Assembly: GCA_011109175.1 (NCBI GenBank)
Contig: RDEW01000003.1
Location: forward strand, 913,071-976,991
Direction of reading: 5' to 3'
DNA from: Dicyema japonicum
Taxonomy: Eukaryota > Animalia > Dicyemida
Length of the DNA stretch: 63,921 nt
Position numbers and translations under genes: made by a program. The stretch's first letter is position 1. Every line of letters starts with the position of its first letter. Below are positions 26,600-39,064 of the stretch, piece by piece. Below the pieces are notes generated by a model that was not told the DNA's origin, searched no databases, and was given only the letters and a program-made list of their open reading frames with translations.

Positions 26600-27340
26600 T
26601 AAATAGTTAGAGCTGGATGGTTGAAGGCAACCAGCCTTAGCTATAATGGTTGCTGTATCAAAACACTATAGGAGGACTCCAGGCATGGATGCCTGGATAT
26701 CTAAATTAGAAGACAAATTTTATTCCTTTTGGTGCTTTCCAAGTGCTTGGCTGAACGCGCTCCCATCATCGTCAATTGGTTCCCTTCTTGATCAGGATGC
26801 TCTCCAGAGTGGGATTTCTATCCGTCTCGGGATCGACCAGTGCCAGCCTCATCCATGCCGTTGTGGATATGTTGTAAACTGCAAAGGTCTCCACCCGCTT
26901 TCTTGGCGCCAGAGCAGAGGCCGGTTCCAAGACATGCAGCTATCAACAGGGTTGTAAAACGCTCTTTTGAAGCGGCTGGATTCCCGTCGTCTCTGGAACC
27001 GGTAAGCCGGGATCGTGGAAATGGAAAGGGTTCAGACGGGGTACTGTCTTCCCCTTTTCCCGAGGGAAATGCTTGATTTGCGATGGGGCTTGTACCGACA
27101 CCTTTTCCCAGTCGAGAATTGCTGGTTCCGCGTTGAAAGCTAGAATTTTAGTGAATTTTAAGATAAAATACTACAGCCTCTCTACACGATTCCATGTTCA
27201 GCCCATTGTTGTCGAGACAAGCGGAGTCTTCGGGCCCAAGACGGTCTCTTTTCTAAGATCGCTTTTATATGATCTCTAAAGTCAGCAACGAGCGTCGGGA
27301 AACTGAATAGTTGTTCAAAAGGCAATCAGCTACTGCTGTG
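26600..27340 (+). mobile_element. CRE-like element C-terminal half
   Basis: WLNALPSSSIGSLL..ISIRLG..HPCRCGYVV..GLHPLS..RHAAINRVVKRS..LEP..DRGNGKGSDG..PIVVETSGVFGP. Confidence 0.78.
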
Positions 27341-28089
27341 CGGCATGGGGCACAACCCTATCCTATACGAACCTAAATAAAATCAATTCTTCCAAGAAAT
27401 AGTCACGAGGTCCCTACAAAGGTTCTCCTCGCCACTAATGCCAACTCCGTTCGAACAGTTTTTTTTGAATTATCGGAAGCACATAATAGTTTCGTGTTAT
27501 TCTAGGATTCTTTCTTCAGCATTCCTGCGAGCTGCTCGATTAGCCAGATCCTTGTCGTGCTGGGGACGAGCATATTGAAGAATATGTTTATTTTTCCTGG
27601 AAGCCGATCACTGACTCTGACGAACCATATCGGATCGCCAATCGCAAGAAGGAATAAATGCAATTTTTCGAAATTTAGATGCCATAAAATGCAATTTTTG
27701 AAATTGAAGTTAAAATTAGCTTATAGAATCGCCTTAACAAATTGAGTTTGAGAAGCGTTAATACCACAACCTCCTTACTAGAGGCTATCTCAATGGTAAC
27801 CTGTGATGGAGTAGTGGAATGAAGTTATCTCAAAGTGACATAAGCTCTTATATGGGTAAATTACCTATAAAATAAAAAACGATGAATTACTATATTAAAT
27901 CAAATACATTAAGGACAAGTATGGACAGCATGGAGGTCGGGCACAAGCGTGGAATTGATGTATTTTTTAAAAAGCAACAAATTCAGTCTCGGACCAGGGA
28001 ATGCCTCTAAGCAAACCGAGGATCAAAAAGAAGGAAGTAACGATGCATTTCAGAGGATTACTTGTTTGCTTCATTTGAAGTTTAGACGT

Positions 28090-28245
28090 CAGGAATCTTC
28101 GTCCCACAAGTAGACGGTCTAGTCTGTCGGATCGGCTCAATGATCAAAAGGGTCACCAATGATATATATGAGACTGGATGGCTTTGAATGCAAATCTCGA
28201 TAGCTATTTTCAGAGGAAACAGCCTGGCGATTCAAGCTCCCTATA
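28090..28245 (+). mobile_element. CRE-like element 3' end
   Basis: ETGWL..QISIAIFRGNSLAI. Confidence 0.55.
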
Positions 28246-28343
28246 TCAATTTAATTATTTTTGATATAATTATTTAAATTGATTTTACTGTTTCAAAAAT
28301 TAATCAATAATTTAAAAACTAATTTATGTGTTATGATTAATTC

Positions 28344-29719
28344 ATGAAGATGTTTACTGTAATTTAACTATTGATTAAATAGAAAATACTATTTTACTCT
28401 CAAAGAAGAATTTTTACTCCCAGGAAGATCCTTTATTTCAGGAAGGACTACATTTCTACATATACACTCAAAAATAATAAAAAATTGGCCGTAGCATCAA
28501 CGGTACTATTTAAGCATCTCACTGTGTGGAGTATATTTTACAACATAAATCCACTAAAAGTACAATTAACCCCCAACTTCATTACAGCCTGCTAAAAGTA
28601 GCAAACAGAAGTCGTCATCGAACTCCTGTAAGAAGTTTTCAACCAGGAAAAGATTCGAAGATTTTGCTTCATTGGAATATGACGGAAACATTTATATGAC
28701 ACCACGTGACTTGATTGAGTCAATCCTTAGCAAATCTCCACGACGTACGAATGCTACCTAATTTGACTAGCACGGTTTGGAAGGCGACAGCTGGACAAAG
28801 TAACGTTGGAAAAGATGCTATTGAGGACCCCAAAGAAAAGTAGCCACAGTGAAGGCTTGTTCACAAAACTGGAGAATAACGGTTTTATTTTTTTAGCTTA
28901 TTTTAAGGAATTATAAACTTTGTTGAATTTGCTTTCATTTTATTTCTGATTAAACGTACAGTCAAGTCTAATTGGTAGATCCGAACGGGGTAAAAGTCAC
29001 GTTTAGGATGTTCGACCTCGACCAGAGTAAAACCATTGATAGAGACGAGTTCATGGAGGTTTTCGTTTATAATACCAAAGTTGCTGAACTACGATAAGTC
29101 GACGGTGAGCACAACAATTCTAACTTATCTTTTTGGCTATTCTCAACGGGAATCCCTCTCATTGGAAGAATTGGAGACCTTTTCAAGGGCATTTCAGACA
29201 GAAATAAGAAAATTGGAATTTTATGAATTCTCCAAAGGCATGAACACGATATCGTCGATCGAATTTGCTACCCTGCTGCTTCGTAATCACACCAATGTCA
29301 CCCCCGAGCCAATTTTGGGTAGATTGTTGGCGAATAAAGTTGACTGTGAAATCAGCTTTGAAGAATTTGATCAGTTTCACCGTCTTTTGTCAAATTTGAG
29401 AAGATTTGAGATCGCTTTAAGCATGCACACTTTCGGCGGGGTTTCGGTCTCCAAAGGTATCCTTAATGGGAGCTATTTTATCTTAGAGGAGTTCACGAGG
29501 GCTGCCAATATTGCTGCTGGAATTTCTATATCTCCCAATGTAGTGAATGTACTCTTTGGGATGCTTGATGAGAACATCGATCAGAAATTGAGTTATAAGG
29601 AGTTTTTTAGTATTTTAAAATCTCCGTATACGGGCCACTTCACTGTTTCAAGAACGGAGAAGTCTTTCATCAATAATTGGAAATCGTGTGTGCGGAATGA
29701 AATGCAGTTTGCTTATTGA
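28344..29719 (+). CDS. MICU2: Mitochondrial calcium uptake protein, MICU2/3 type (EF-hand); start tentative
   Basis: RFEDFASLEYDGNIYMTPRDLIESIL matches the MICU2/3 signature. Also FRMFDLDQS..ID..EF and the second EF region LFGMLDENIDQKLSYKEF. Basic N-terminus consistent with a mitochondrial presequence. Confidence 0.85.
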
Positions 29720-29834
29720 TTTGACGATATTAACTAATTAAAGATGGTAGTGCTTTTTAATCCTTTTGTATTTTTGCACTTTGTCGTGTTAGGTCCACTA
29801 GTATAGATGTTTTAATCCAAGTCAACTTAAATGT

Positions 29835-30095
29835 AAGTAGTGCTGGACCAAATTATGAGGTCCCGGTTCGAATCCTGCTGCTGTCCATTCGGTTGAAGGT
29901 TCCACGCATCTTGACGAGTGACGCCGTCGTCATCAGTGAACATCTCACTGCGGAATTGGATCGATTACAAAAGGACTAACACCCGACAAAATTAAGTGAA
30001 GTGCATTCTTTGGTTCTCCTTCACCGATTAGTTATACTGTTTTTTGCTTAAAATAGTGTGTGTTCTGCTTGGGGGAACGAAAGCTAATATATCTC
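29835..30095 (+). mobile_element. SINE family A, longest copy
   Basis: B box GGTTCGAATCC (29865-29875) followed by the full family-A body. Confidence 0.75.
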
Positions 30096-30559
30096 CTCTT
30101 AAAAGTCATTCTCCTTTTGGTTATTTGTTAGGAAAATTGCTGGTTTTTAGCAGATATCATTTATGAGTTGTATGCGAATGTGAACGAGGTCACGCTATAA
30201 ATCAATTTCTTCAATTAGGGAGATCGGAGATAACTTAGCCCTCTGGGATCGTTTCTGTTACGTAAAGGAGAAATCAATAATATCTGTGAATTGATTCGAT
30301 ACGTGACTCAATAGAGATGGTTCTCAGCGTTTTTGAACTGCTATTCCACGGCTATCCCACTGTATCCTGTCAGTTGCTGAATGATTTTTTTCTAATGTCC
30401 TTGTTTGAATAAATTCGACCAGATAAAAAGCATGTAACTAAACTAGAACTCATTAACAATTAAAATCGATTACTACGTCAACGTTTACGGTTTTAGAGTC
30501 CACTAGCTGTCTACAGTTACATTGATATTTTTAAATTTTTCTTTTAGTTGTGATAATCT

Positions 30560-30640
30560 CCGCGAACGCTGGCTGTTTGAGCGAAATTCGCTCGCAATTC
30601 TGAGAGGAGACAGCCATGCAGTGATGGCGGCAGCTGACTG
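30560..30640 (+). mobile_element. CRE-like element extreme 3' end
   Basis: RERWLFERNSLAILRGDSHAVMAAAD*. Confidence 0.6.
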
Positions 30641-30705
30641 ATGTTTTGTCCTTTTTTTATTTTATTTAGTAAATAATAATTAATTAGATGATAATAAAGT
30701 AAAAT

Positions 30706-30985
30706 TCAAGAAGAATAAAACCAAATCAAAGTAGTCCCTTGACCCTGACGCGATGCAGCAAAATTTTTACAAGAACGGTGATCCAGATGACGTTCTTCTG
30801 GGAGTGAGGTCGATTCCAGAACTCGTCGCCAGGGAACGAAATTGTCGCTCAGTGGAAAGAATAGATGGATCCTTTTGGCCTTTTCTGAGCAAGGTGGATT
30901 CAATGACGCCACCAGAAGTAAGGAAGAGAAAATTTCAACCAAATAACCACATAGCGCAACATGGCGCCACATGGCCGTTATAGAA
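30706..30985 (-). repeat. Dispersed repeat U copy (88-aa minus-strand ORF)
   Basis: gaggtcgattccagarctcgtcgccagg and ggtggatycaatgacgcca are shared with 9360-9485. Confidence 0.6.
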
Positions 30986-31234
30986 AAGATGAAAATTTAT
31001 TCGCTCAAAGCTTACATTAAATCTTTTGATAACTTTAAAATATTAATCTTTTCCCCGTAAATTCAGTCAGCTGTTTGTACAATCATTTGAGAGGACAAGA
31101 GAAGAACAAAAAATAGTAATCTCGAACCGCTCCACATAATGGGGTCGAGATATACCCTAACTAGACCTTAATTGACTATAACTTCTTTTCGCTGACATTT
31201 TGACTTAACATTGTTAGTGAAATTAAAATACACG

Positions 31235-32212
31235 TTATTGAAACTGATTAAAAAAGTCATCGGAAGAAAAGTGATTTTCATTATCATGAAATTGTCTATG
31301 AGGTCTGAAAAATCCTGGCTCTATAGGAGTGAAGTCAAATGGTTGATTGTGCGGCTGTTGAAGGGAATCTGGCTGTCGCTGCTGATATACAAAAGTCGGG
31401 TTTCGCATTCCCATTTGTCCAAATCGGGGCTGAGAGTATTTTAACGATTTAATACATCATTGTGGTGGAAGTAATTCGGGTCGTGGAAGATATCAGGAGG
31501 TTCTTGCTGGAAACTTTGAGGGACTAGAAATCACTATATTAAGTCGAACAATCAGTCTGTTAGGGCCGTGCATTGAAGGATTAACCATCCCCGCATATCT
31601 CCACCCATATAGCAAACTGGAGTCCTCGGATTCTGAAATTAACCCATAACTGACCATCATCCTATTTGGAGGCATCATTCTTTGTTGTTCATAATGGTGG
31701 TAACCCATTCTGGATGAGGCATTCTTGGGTCACAGTACATTGGTGGGTGAGCACCAGGAGGCTAAAAATAAAAAATAGTAGTTAGTAAGGATAAATATAC
31801 AACCCAAGGATGTCCATAGGGCTGCATTCCACGTGGGTGATAATTATTTGGCTGCATTGCTCCATAATTCTAACATTAAGACGAAACAATACCATGAGGT
31901 GCGGTGATTGTTCCCGTTTGGGAAGGGAATCCTCGTTTTTTTCCTCCGGAGTACCAATAGACGAGTAAATCTGCCACAACACCTATAAATGTGGCAAAAA
32001 GACAAACATCCACCAATTGACTAGAAAACCCGGAGATTGGCCGACTGTTATAGGCTTTTCATACTTAATCTAAAAATGCATAAAATTCTTTAGACTTCGT
32101 TTAAAAACGACTGAGCGACGGATTCCGCCCCAAAATGGCACAGATATTCGTAGACGTAGACTAAAAGCCTAGAAAAAAGTTTTTTTAAGTGTTAACTTTC
32201 ATCATGACTCAT
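31235..32212 (-). CDS. SSDP: SSDP/SSBP2-4 (LUFS-domain LDB/Chip cofactor) with P/G/M/Q-rich tail
   Basis: Spliced N-terminus RLLVYVYEYLCHFGAESVAQSFLNE/IKYEKPITVGQSPGFLVNWWD/VLWQIY matches the LUFS domain. Introns 22-42 nt. Confidence 0.88.
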
Positions 32213-32289
32213 TGATGAGTTATTTTTATCCATTCTCTAATTCAAACAAAACGATTACTTATTAGAATATAAACCCCACTTTATTTAAT

Positions 32290-35200
32290 AAACAATAAAA
32301 AAGTTAATATATTTATTAATCAACAACCTTCCTCGCCTGCCTGTTCGCCAGCCTCCTCAGGCAGGTTCGATTCTGGTTGCTGAAACAACTCCGAGAGCGC
32401 TTTGTCTAATTGAACCCTCTGCCCATATGGCATCTCAGGGCTCTGCCTCCTATACTCCAGTGTCAGGCTCTCTAGGGTCCGCTTTAACACAGTGGACTGT
32501 AGATAGGCCTGGAGCTTCCTATCTACCCCCAACTGCTTCAGATAACCCTTGTGGTACTTTGTTGCAATTCCTTCCCACGTCATTACTATAGGAATAACGA
32601 GGACCTTGCAACCAAGCATCTGCCCCATCTCGTTTGCAAGAAAGTCATACTTCCTTTTTTTCTCCACCTCCACAGTCTGCAAACGGTCTTGAGACGTGAT
32701 GCCAACCTCTATGATAAGGACTTGGCCAGACTCCTTATCGTGTACCACAATGTCCGGTTTATTGTGCTTGACTAGCACCGAGGTACGGATAACACTGTCT
32801 ACCTTAATTTGGACCCTGGTGTTCTCTACTACAGATTGCACCTTATGAGTCCGCAACTTTCTGGTGTGGCGAATACCATACTTATTGCATAGTAGAAGAT
32901 GAAGACTCCTTACTACCTCGTTGTGCCTCCACACATAGTCGTGGCAGAGCATGGATCCACATCGAGTGGCTAAATGATCAACCGACATGCTCCTTGACTT
33001 ACAGTGGGGACATGTATTTGTTGATCGACCCCAAAAAATATTGCGGTCTTGCATATACGTGTACAACGCCTCCGATCGAGGTGAGTTGTCACCGTATTTT
33101 AGCCATATTGTCGACGACTTAAGGTCGACATGTGGGTTGTCCAATGCTCTGAAGAGGACCTTATGAAGGCTTTTTAAGTTGATCTTTTCCATCAAATTAT
33201 TATATTGTAATTCGATCAACGCCTTCACATTTACTAGCCCACCATCATCAACACCATACTTAGCAGACAAAAAAGGTCTGATAGTGCCTAGGTGGGTTGC
33301 CCGTGTTTTCTCGGTCGTTATTATGGCGTGCTTCCTAGCAGACACACTTGACCCAGCTATCAGGGTGTCGTGCATTCGCATTAGGATACGCTCACTTAGT
33401 TGGACTACTCCACACAGTCCACGGCCGAATTTATCACGGGGTAAATATAGTCTCTCCTTATTGGCTGCCAGCACATGGACATGGTTCTCTCTGAGTACTC
33501 CACGGATCATAACATCCATCTCATCATACTCTTTGGGCTCAAACTCCACAACACCTATGTAGTAGTTTAGCAGCGAGACAGCATACTCATTTAATGCTAG
33601 AAACAAATTCCTTGCATTTAGAGACGTCTTACACAATAACGCTGCTCTTTTACGGACACCTTAAGTAATTTGTCGCTTTGTCTCAGGCATTATAAGGGAC
33701 TTTGGAGATTCGGTAACACCCAGATACTTATATCCTTCGTGTTCCTCTAGGACTCTTACTAACTCGCTACATACTTGCGTGTTAGTCCCGGACTTTGAAT
33801 AATTCAAATCTAGTCCTATACTCTCAAAGAATTCCCTGGCATGGAGTAGAGCTCCTCGGCTGTTCGAGCATACATCTTCAGGTCATCGATAAAAAGAAGG
33901 TGATTTGTACTGAAACAAACCCCCTCACAATGAACTGGTATTTACTCAAACCGGTCATTGAGGCGGCGACTCAATGGCTCCAAACAGAGAACAAAGAGTA
34001 GCGGAGACATGCTATCCCCCAGAAGGATCCCCCTCTTGAGTTTTACCTCGCCTATCCGGTGCCTATTATAGTTCAGATGAATACTCCACCTATTCATCAC
34101 AGCCACTACAAAGCTGATGAACCACACAGGCATACACAAACTGTGTAGGCACTCGACAAGGTAAGAATGATCAACTGAATCGTAAGCCTTCTTCACATCC
34201 ACCCACATAGACAAAAGTGAGTTTCCGTGAGACACAGAAAGGCATTTGTTGATCAAAGCCTGCTCTTTTGCCCCCTGACAATTTCGCACAGTTCCCAACT
34301 GATTCTCGGAGAGAATCCCATTTGCGTCTACAAAGCTCCTGACCTCATTAGCCACCAATTTGGTCATCAGCTTATACAGGGTTGGCATGCAGGTTATCGG
34401 TCGATAATCTGCAGCAGACTGGGGGTTGTCCAGCTTTGGGATCAAATAAGTTGTCCCTGTGCATGCCCAATCAGGAATCGTTTCCGGGTTAGTGATGCTT
34501 TTCTGTAATACACGACACATAGACTCGTGTAATGAAGTGCATCTTTTGATAAAGAAATTATAAACTTTATCGACCCCGGTCGTCTTCCAATCAGGGAGAT
34601 GTCTCACTACCGCCTCAAATTTCTTGCGAAAATCGAAAATTCCGCAAGATTCCGCCAAGAAAGGAGCGGCGCTGTACGGGACATTCCACGCATTTCCTCT
34701 GCGTGGTTTAGCCTCCCACATACTACCCCATGTGGAAAGCATTTCCGCGTCCTGCTGGGAACATACACTATGGCCATTTTCGTGTAGGCGACGGTAAAAC
34801 AATCTGCGATTAAACTCAAACAGATTATTTTCTCTCCTTCTCTTACACCGACTTTCATGTGTATAGAGTTTCCTCTTATACACCATTATTGCCCCCTCTA
34901 ACTCCACCTTTGCCCTCCTCAACTCTTTGAGGTCCCATTTGGGAACACGGAGTTTACTAATTAGCCCCTTTACTATAGCCGGTGCTTTTCCTCTAACCCC
35001 TCTCGCCACACTACTTATGTGCCCCTCCAGTGCTTCCAGCTCAGTCTGTCTCCAAGCAATCTTGGCACAGATCTGCTCCCTCCATTTACTGGGTGGTCTG
35101 GGCTTGTCCGTCAATTCCTCATAGGTGATCTGTGCTGCATACAGCACTAGGGAGATGTCACCCAATGACCCTACTGGCTTAGCCTCCACCGCATAAGCCA

Positions 35201-35720
35201 CAGCCTTATTGATGCAGGTTAACACTCACCGTTAACCTTACAATGAGGAATCTTGCGGGTAAATCTACGGTCCTCAAGTGGGACATCTGCCGCTGCAGCG
35301 AGATTCCGCGCAAAGACCTCATAAACATGCTTGAGCTGCAACGTATCACAGCTCTGGTGCTCGTGCTCTCTTTGACAGTTGTGGTCACCTGGTCCCCGCC
35401 CCTTTAGACCAGTACCCTCTTTGCCTACAGCCATCTTCTTGAGTTCACTCACAGATATAGCAGTACTGAATCTGCCACTGCAGAGCTCCGCCAAGTATGG
35501 CCATCCATTCCAGGGCATTCGAGATAGCCTGCTACGTACCTGCAGGACTACCTGCCTCGCCCATTCTTTTGGGTCATCTGCCACAACGCTCTCGGATATG
35601 GCAAGAATTACATTCATACCATCAGGTAACGCAAGTGACCCTTCTCCTTTTTTCCTTTCAACATTTTTGCAACTCGAGAGAGTTTTAACGCACCGAATCG
35701 AACGCACGTTGCATGTTTAT
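32290..35720 (-). mobile_element. Near-complete R4/Dong-like non-LTR retrotransposon (RT, CCHC, RLE), inactivated
   Basis: DYRPITC, QLGTVR, VDVKKAYDSVDH, GILLGDSMSPLLF, LFIDDLK, YKYLG, ERLYLPR..GRGL, CPHC..HLATRC..RHN, NKPDIV and EKKRKY. Two in-frame TAA stops (33942, about 33659) and one single-base frameshift (about 35225). Confidence 0.9.
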
Positions 35721-35829
35721 TATCCCTTATTAGAATATAATAATTATATATTTTAAATTATTGAAATAATATAATTTATTATTATTTTAAATTAATGGGT
35801 TTTTTGTATAGATAAAATATTTTTGGATA

Positions 35830-36040
35830 GCTTAATGCCACGAGTGTCATTCTTTGGGCATGTTGTCCGCTCTGATTCCTGGAAAGAACCATTATGCCTT
35901 AGCAATATCATCGGGAAGAGAAGACCTGGTCGACCGAGGACTCGGTGGCTATCCACGGTACAAGACGTCACGGGATGCCTATATCAAGGCTACTCCAAAT
36001 TGCGACGGTTCGGGAGAGTGGAATGCCTATATCAAGGCTA
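35830..36040 (+). mobile_element. RTE-clade LINE 3' fragment
   Basis: FFGHVVR..GKRRPGRPRTRWL is the RTE C-terminal motif. Confidence 0.65.
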
Positions 36041-36338
36041 ACATAAATATAATGGCACAAGTAAATAAACCATCATCCTTGACGTTCAATCGCGTTTCCC
36101 TTCTGGCTTCATTCAATTTCATGGAATTTGAAATACGAAACTATGAGTGATCATAATCGATCATTTTACAAATAAAAACAAGATCAAATTATCGAAGGTC
36201 ACTGCCTACTTTTGATAAATTATAACCTTGCTGACTGGTCAAGTTTTGCGAGCTATATTGACATTGCAGATCTAGTTATCAAACAACGTCCAGCTCATCA
36301 TTAGGGCGAATTTATTTTAACTTTATAAATCGGAAATT

Positions 36339-36395
36339 TTGACCTAAAATTGACTTTATTGACCTTCAAATTTTAAAAATTTGACCTTTTTTGAC
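36339..36395 (+). repeat. TTGAC micro-array (5 copies)
   Basis: TTGAC starts at 36339, 36350, 36359, 36381 and 36391. Confidence 0.7.
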
Positions 36396-36499
36396 TTTAT
36401 GATAAATTTATCTACAAAAAAATTTTTTTTAATATAAATAAAATTAATCAAAATCTTTATTAAAATACAGAATAATGTAATTCAAAACGTTTTCGGTCG

Positions 36500-36850
36500 T
36501 TAGATAGTAATTTTTCCAATAAAAAAATTTCTCTCAACAAATGTGGAAGGACACTTTTTCAGATAGTTGTATGCATATGGATAATATGTTATTTTTTCAT
36601 TTTTTGTAATAGAAAGTACTTGATTGACAGTTAATCTCGATTCCAGTACTTCGAGTACGTTTAGACTTATTGGTCCACAATCAGTCAGTTTGTATAATTT
36701 ATTGTTTGAGATTTTCTTTGGCAAGACTATCCAAGGAGTTTTCTTAGTTGGTCTCTGTGAAAGTCAAGTTGTTCCATAGTTATAAATGTCCCACACAAAT
36801 TCCAAAAAAGATTTCCTTGTGAGTTGATAGAAAATTCAGGATATTTTCTA
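36500..36850 (-). mobile_element. Degenerate LINE RT N-terminal fragment
   Basis: WIVLPKK..KLTDCGPISLNVLEVLESRL resembles the lipK..dyRPIsL..kilE..rL RT motif. Confidence 0.45.
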
Positions 36851-36963
36851 AAACAGAGAAAATCTTTTCAATGTCATTATTGATTGAACGCGGCAACATA
36901 GTGAATCATGATCCCACGCTAGTATTTTATTTAAAAACTCGAAAAATCAAAATCAATAAAAAT

Positions 36964-37039
36964 TTGACGCTTTTTTGACATTACCCAAAATTTTGACTTT
37001 TTTGACTGATAACTTTTTGATTAATATAATATTTTTGAC
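36964..37039 (+). repeat. TTGAC micro-array (5 copies)
   Basis: TTGAC starts at 36964, 36975, 36993, 37002 and 37035. Confidence 0.7.
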
Positions 37040-37089
37040 TAAAAACTACATTTTAATAAGTTTTAAACAATTTTAAAAAAACATATCAA

Positions 37090-37231
37090 AAGACCCACAC
37101 ACAAGAAAAAGAAAAAAAAAGATCATTCCTTAGTTCTACGATTAATTAACTGTTTTTTACTTAAATAAAGTGCGTGTCCTGCCTATGCGGAGCTATAAAT
37201 ATTATGGCTTTCGTGAAAAGGCCATTATTAT
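37090..37231 (+). mobile_element. SINE family A, 3' half
   Basis: Near-identical to 57285-57424 and 2720-2817. A further tail remnant lies at about 37878-37917. Confidence 0.75.
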
Positions 37232-37299
37232 CAATTTTTGACTTTATTGACAAAAATCGCCTACTCATCACTAAACAACATTATAAAGCAATTCTCTTC

Positions 37300-37835
37300 G
37301 TTCATTTTAAGAAGCTAGAAATATATTATTCTAATGGCAACCGACTAACAGGGGATTCAATTCAACAGCCAAACATTTTCAAAGAGAGAACATACTGTCG
37401 AAGGAGAATATAATAAGAATTCGTACACTAAACAAGGAGATTAACAAATATATCAGTAAAACAAACGAGAAACGCTGGACAGAACTATCAAAAGCCCTAA
37501 CAGAAAATCCGTCGGTGCAAAAGGTCTGGAACAAAATCAAGTCTATCAAAATGTCTTTTGATGAACCATGGGATATCATTACAACCATATACCTTAATGA
37601 AATACTATGCTTCCATAGCACATAAAGACCACTCCAAAAAACACCAAGTACTCTTAAACAGAATAAAACGGAAGGGATCATACGAGTGGACCATATTTAC
37701 GGGGAAGGACGTTCAGTGGCAATATCAAAGGCCCGAAACTCCAAAGCCTGAGGTCCAGACAATATTTCAACAACGGAACTAAAGTATCTAGGACCTCTTG
37801 AACTAAAGCATCTAGGACATATTTACAATATCAAT
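37300..37835 (+). mobile_element. I/Jockey-like LINE fragment (endonuclease-RT linker)
   Basis: VWNKIKSIK, then FT..DV and K..GPDNISTTELKYLGP across frameshifts. Confidence 0.55.
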
Positions 37836-38469
37836 AAATTTGAACCTCCTTGCCTTCCCTCAACGGATTGTTAGCATAACTGTTCTCTTCTTTAAAATAA
37901 AGTGTCTCCTGCCTATACATAGAGATGGTTTTTGCAGAGATGATGATAATTTTAATATGATGATCCATGCTCCTCAAATGTTCATCAACGCTTTCTCTTT
38001 AGTCATTTCGCTTTTTTCTCAACCTTATCAAGATTACTGGATTGGAGAATGTTCGAGAATAAAAAATATATATTTTCACTCGTTGATCGATTGAAGGTTA
38101 TATTAAGGATTTAGTCGATAAATTTGTTAATAATTTTTCCATTGGAATTGTTGCCTAAATTATTCACTATTGGCTTATTTGTTTGTGTTTAATGTTAATG
38201 TTGAACTTTTGACAGTAAATCGTTTCAAGAGCCAGACCTTTAAAGAAAAAAATAAGAGACCTTAGGAAAACATTTCGTCTTCAAGCCCGTCGCAGCTGAA
38301 ACCACGTGGATTCCAGAATCCAAATCGTTTCCTACTTACATGTCATCGGATCGATAATGATAAAATAAGGAAGGACAGGACGACGAGATGGCTGATTAAA
38401 CGTATAGAACAGTGGTTCTCAAGAATTTTGACCCACTCTAACTTTAACAACTTTATTAGCAAGGAAAAT

Positions 38470-38890
38470 TAAAGGAGTTATTTGGCCTCAGTGCCGCAAG
38501 TCCTGCAAACGCTTGGACTCTCCTCTGCTCTCAGACCCCTCTTATCGTTTATTCTGTGCTGCAACATACGAGTAAATGATGCATCTCTTTTTAGGAAGCT
38601 TTCCATCTTTTTTTCTGCTGCATCTCTATCGATATTACTAGCAAATTTTCATCTTCATCTAGCTTCTCGTCGAGCCTTTTGTGTAGTGCAATTTTGATCC
38701 CTGCTCTCCTCGATTTTTCAAGAATCAAGATAAAACGCTCTTTGTATGCTGTGTAGTACCATCCTTCCAGTCTATAAAGAAGTGATGGAATGATCGTGCG
38801 TGAAAAAATCAATAGAAACATATCCGTTTCGAGTCTCAATTTACTCGTACACAATATCAAATGGTGGGCTTTCTTCATTTTGAGTTTAAA
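38470..38890 (-). mobile_element. Non-LTR RT C-terminal fragment nested in the hAT element
   Basis: RTIIPSLLYRLEGWYY..ILEKSRRAGIKIALHK, homologous to LPSLIHGFEGW..FLDKTRRMAIKLAFRK at 45520-45650. Confidence 0.6.
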
Positions 38891-39064
38891 AATTTTCACC
38901 CAGGGGCCAAATCAACAAATTATTTTATTTGTAGGGGTCGCCAATTTTTTAAAAAAATTAATTAATGTAAAAAAGAAAGCAAAAGTTAAAACAATTATTA
39001 AAATTATTATTAATAATATTTTTGTTTTTTATTTTTTAAATTATATGACTGTAATTATTAAACA

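Noticed and set aside
33658-33944. In-frame TAA codons in the R4-like ORF as stop-codon reassignment
   Set aside because: Host genes UPF1, ALG13, SSDP and TRM7 terminate with TAA, so these are ordinary nonsense mutations.
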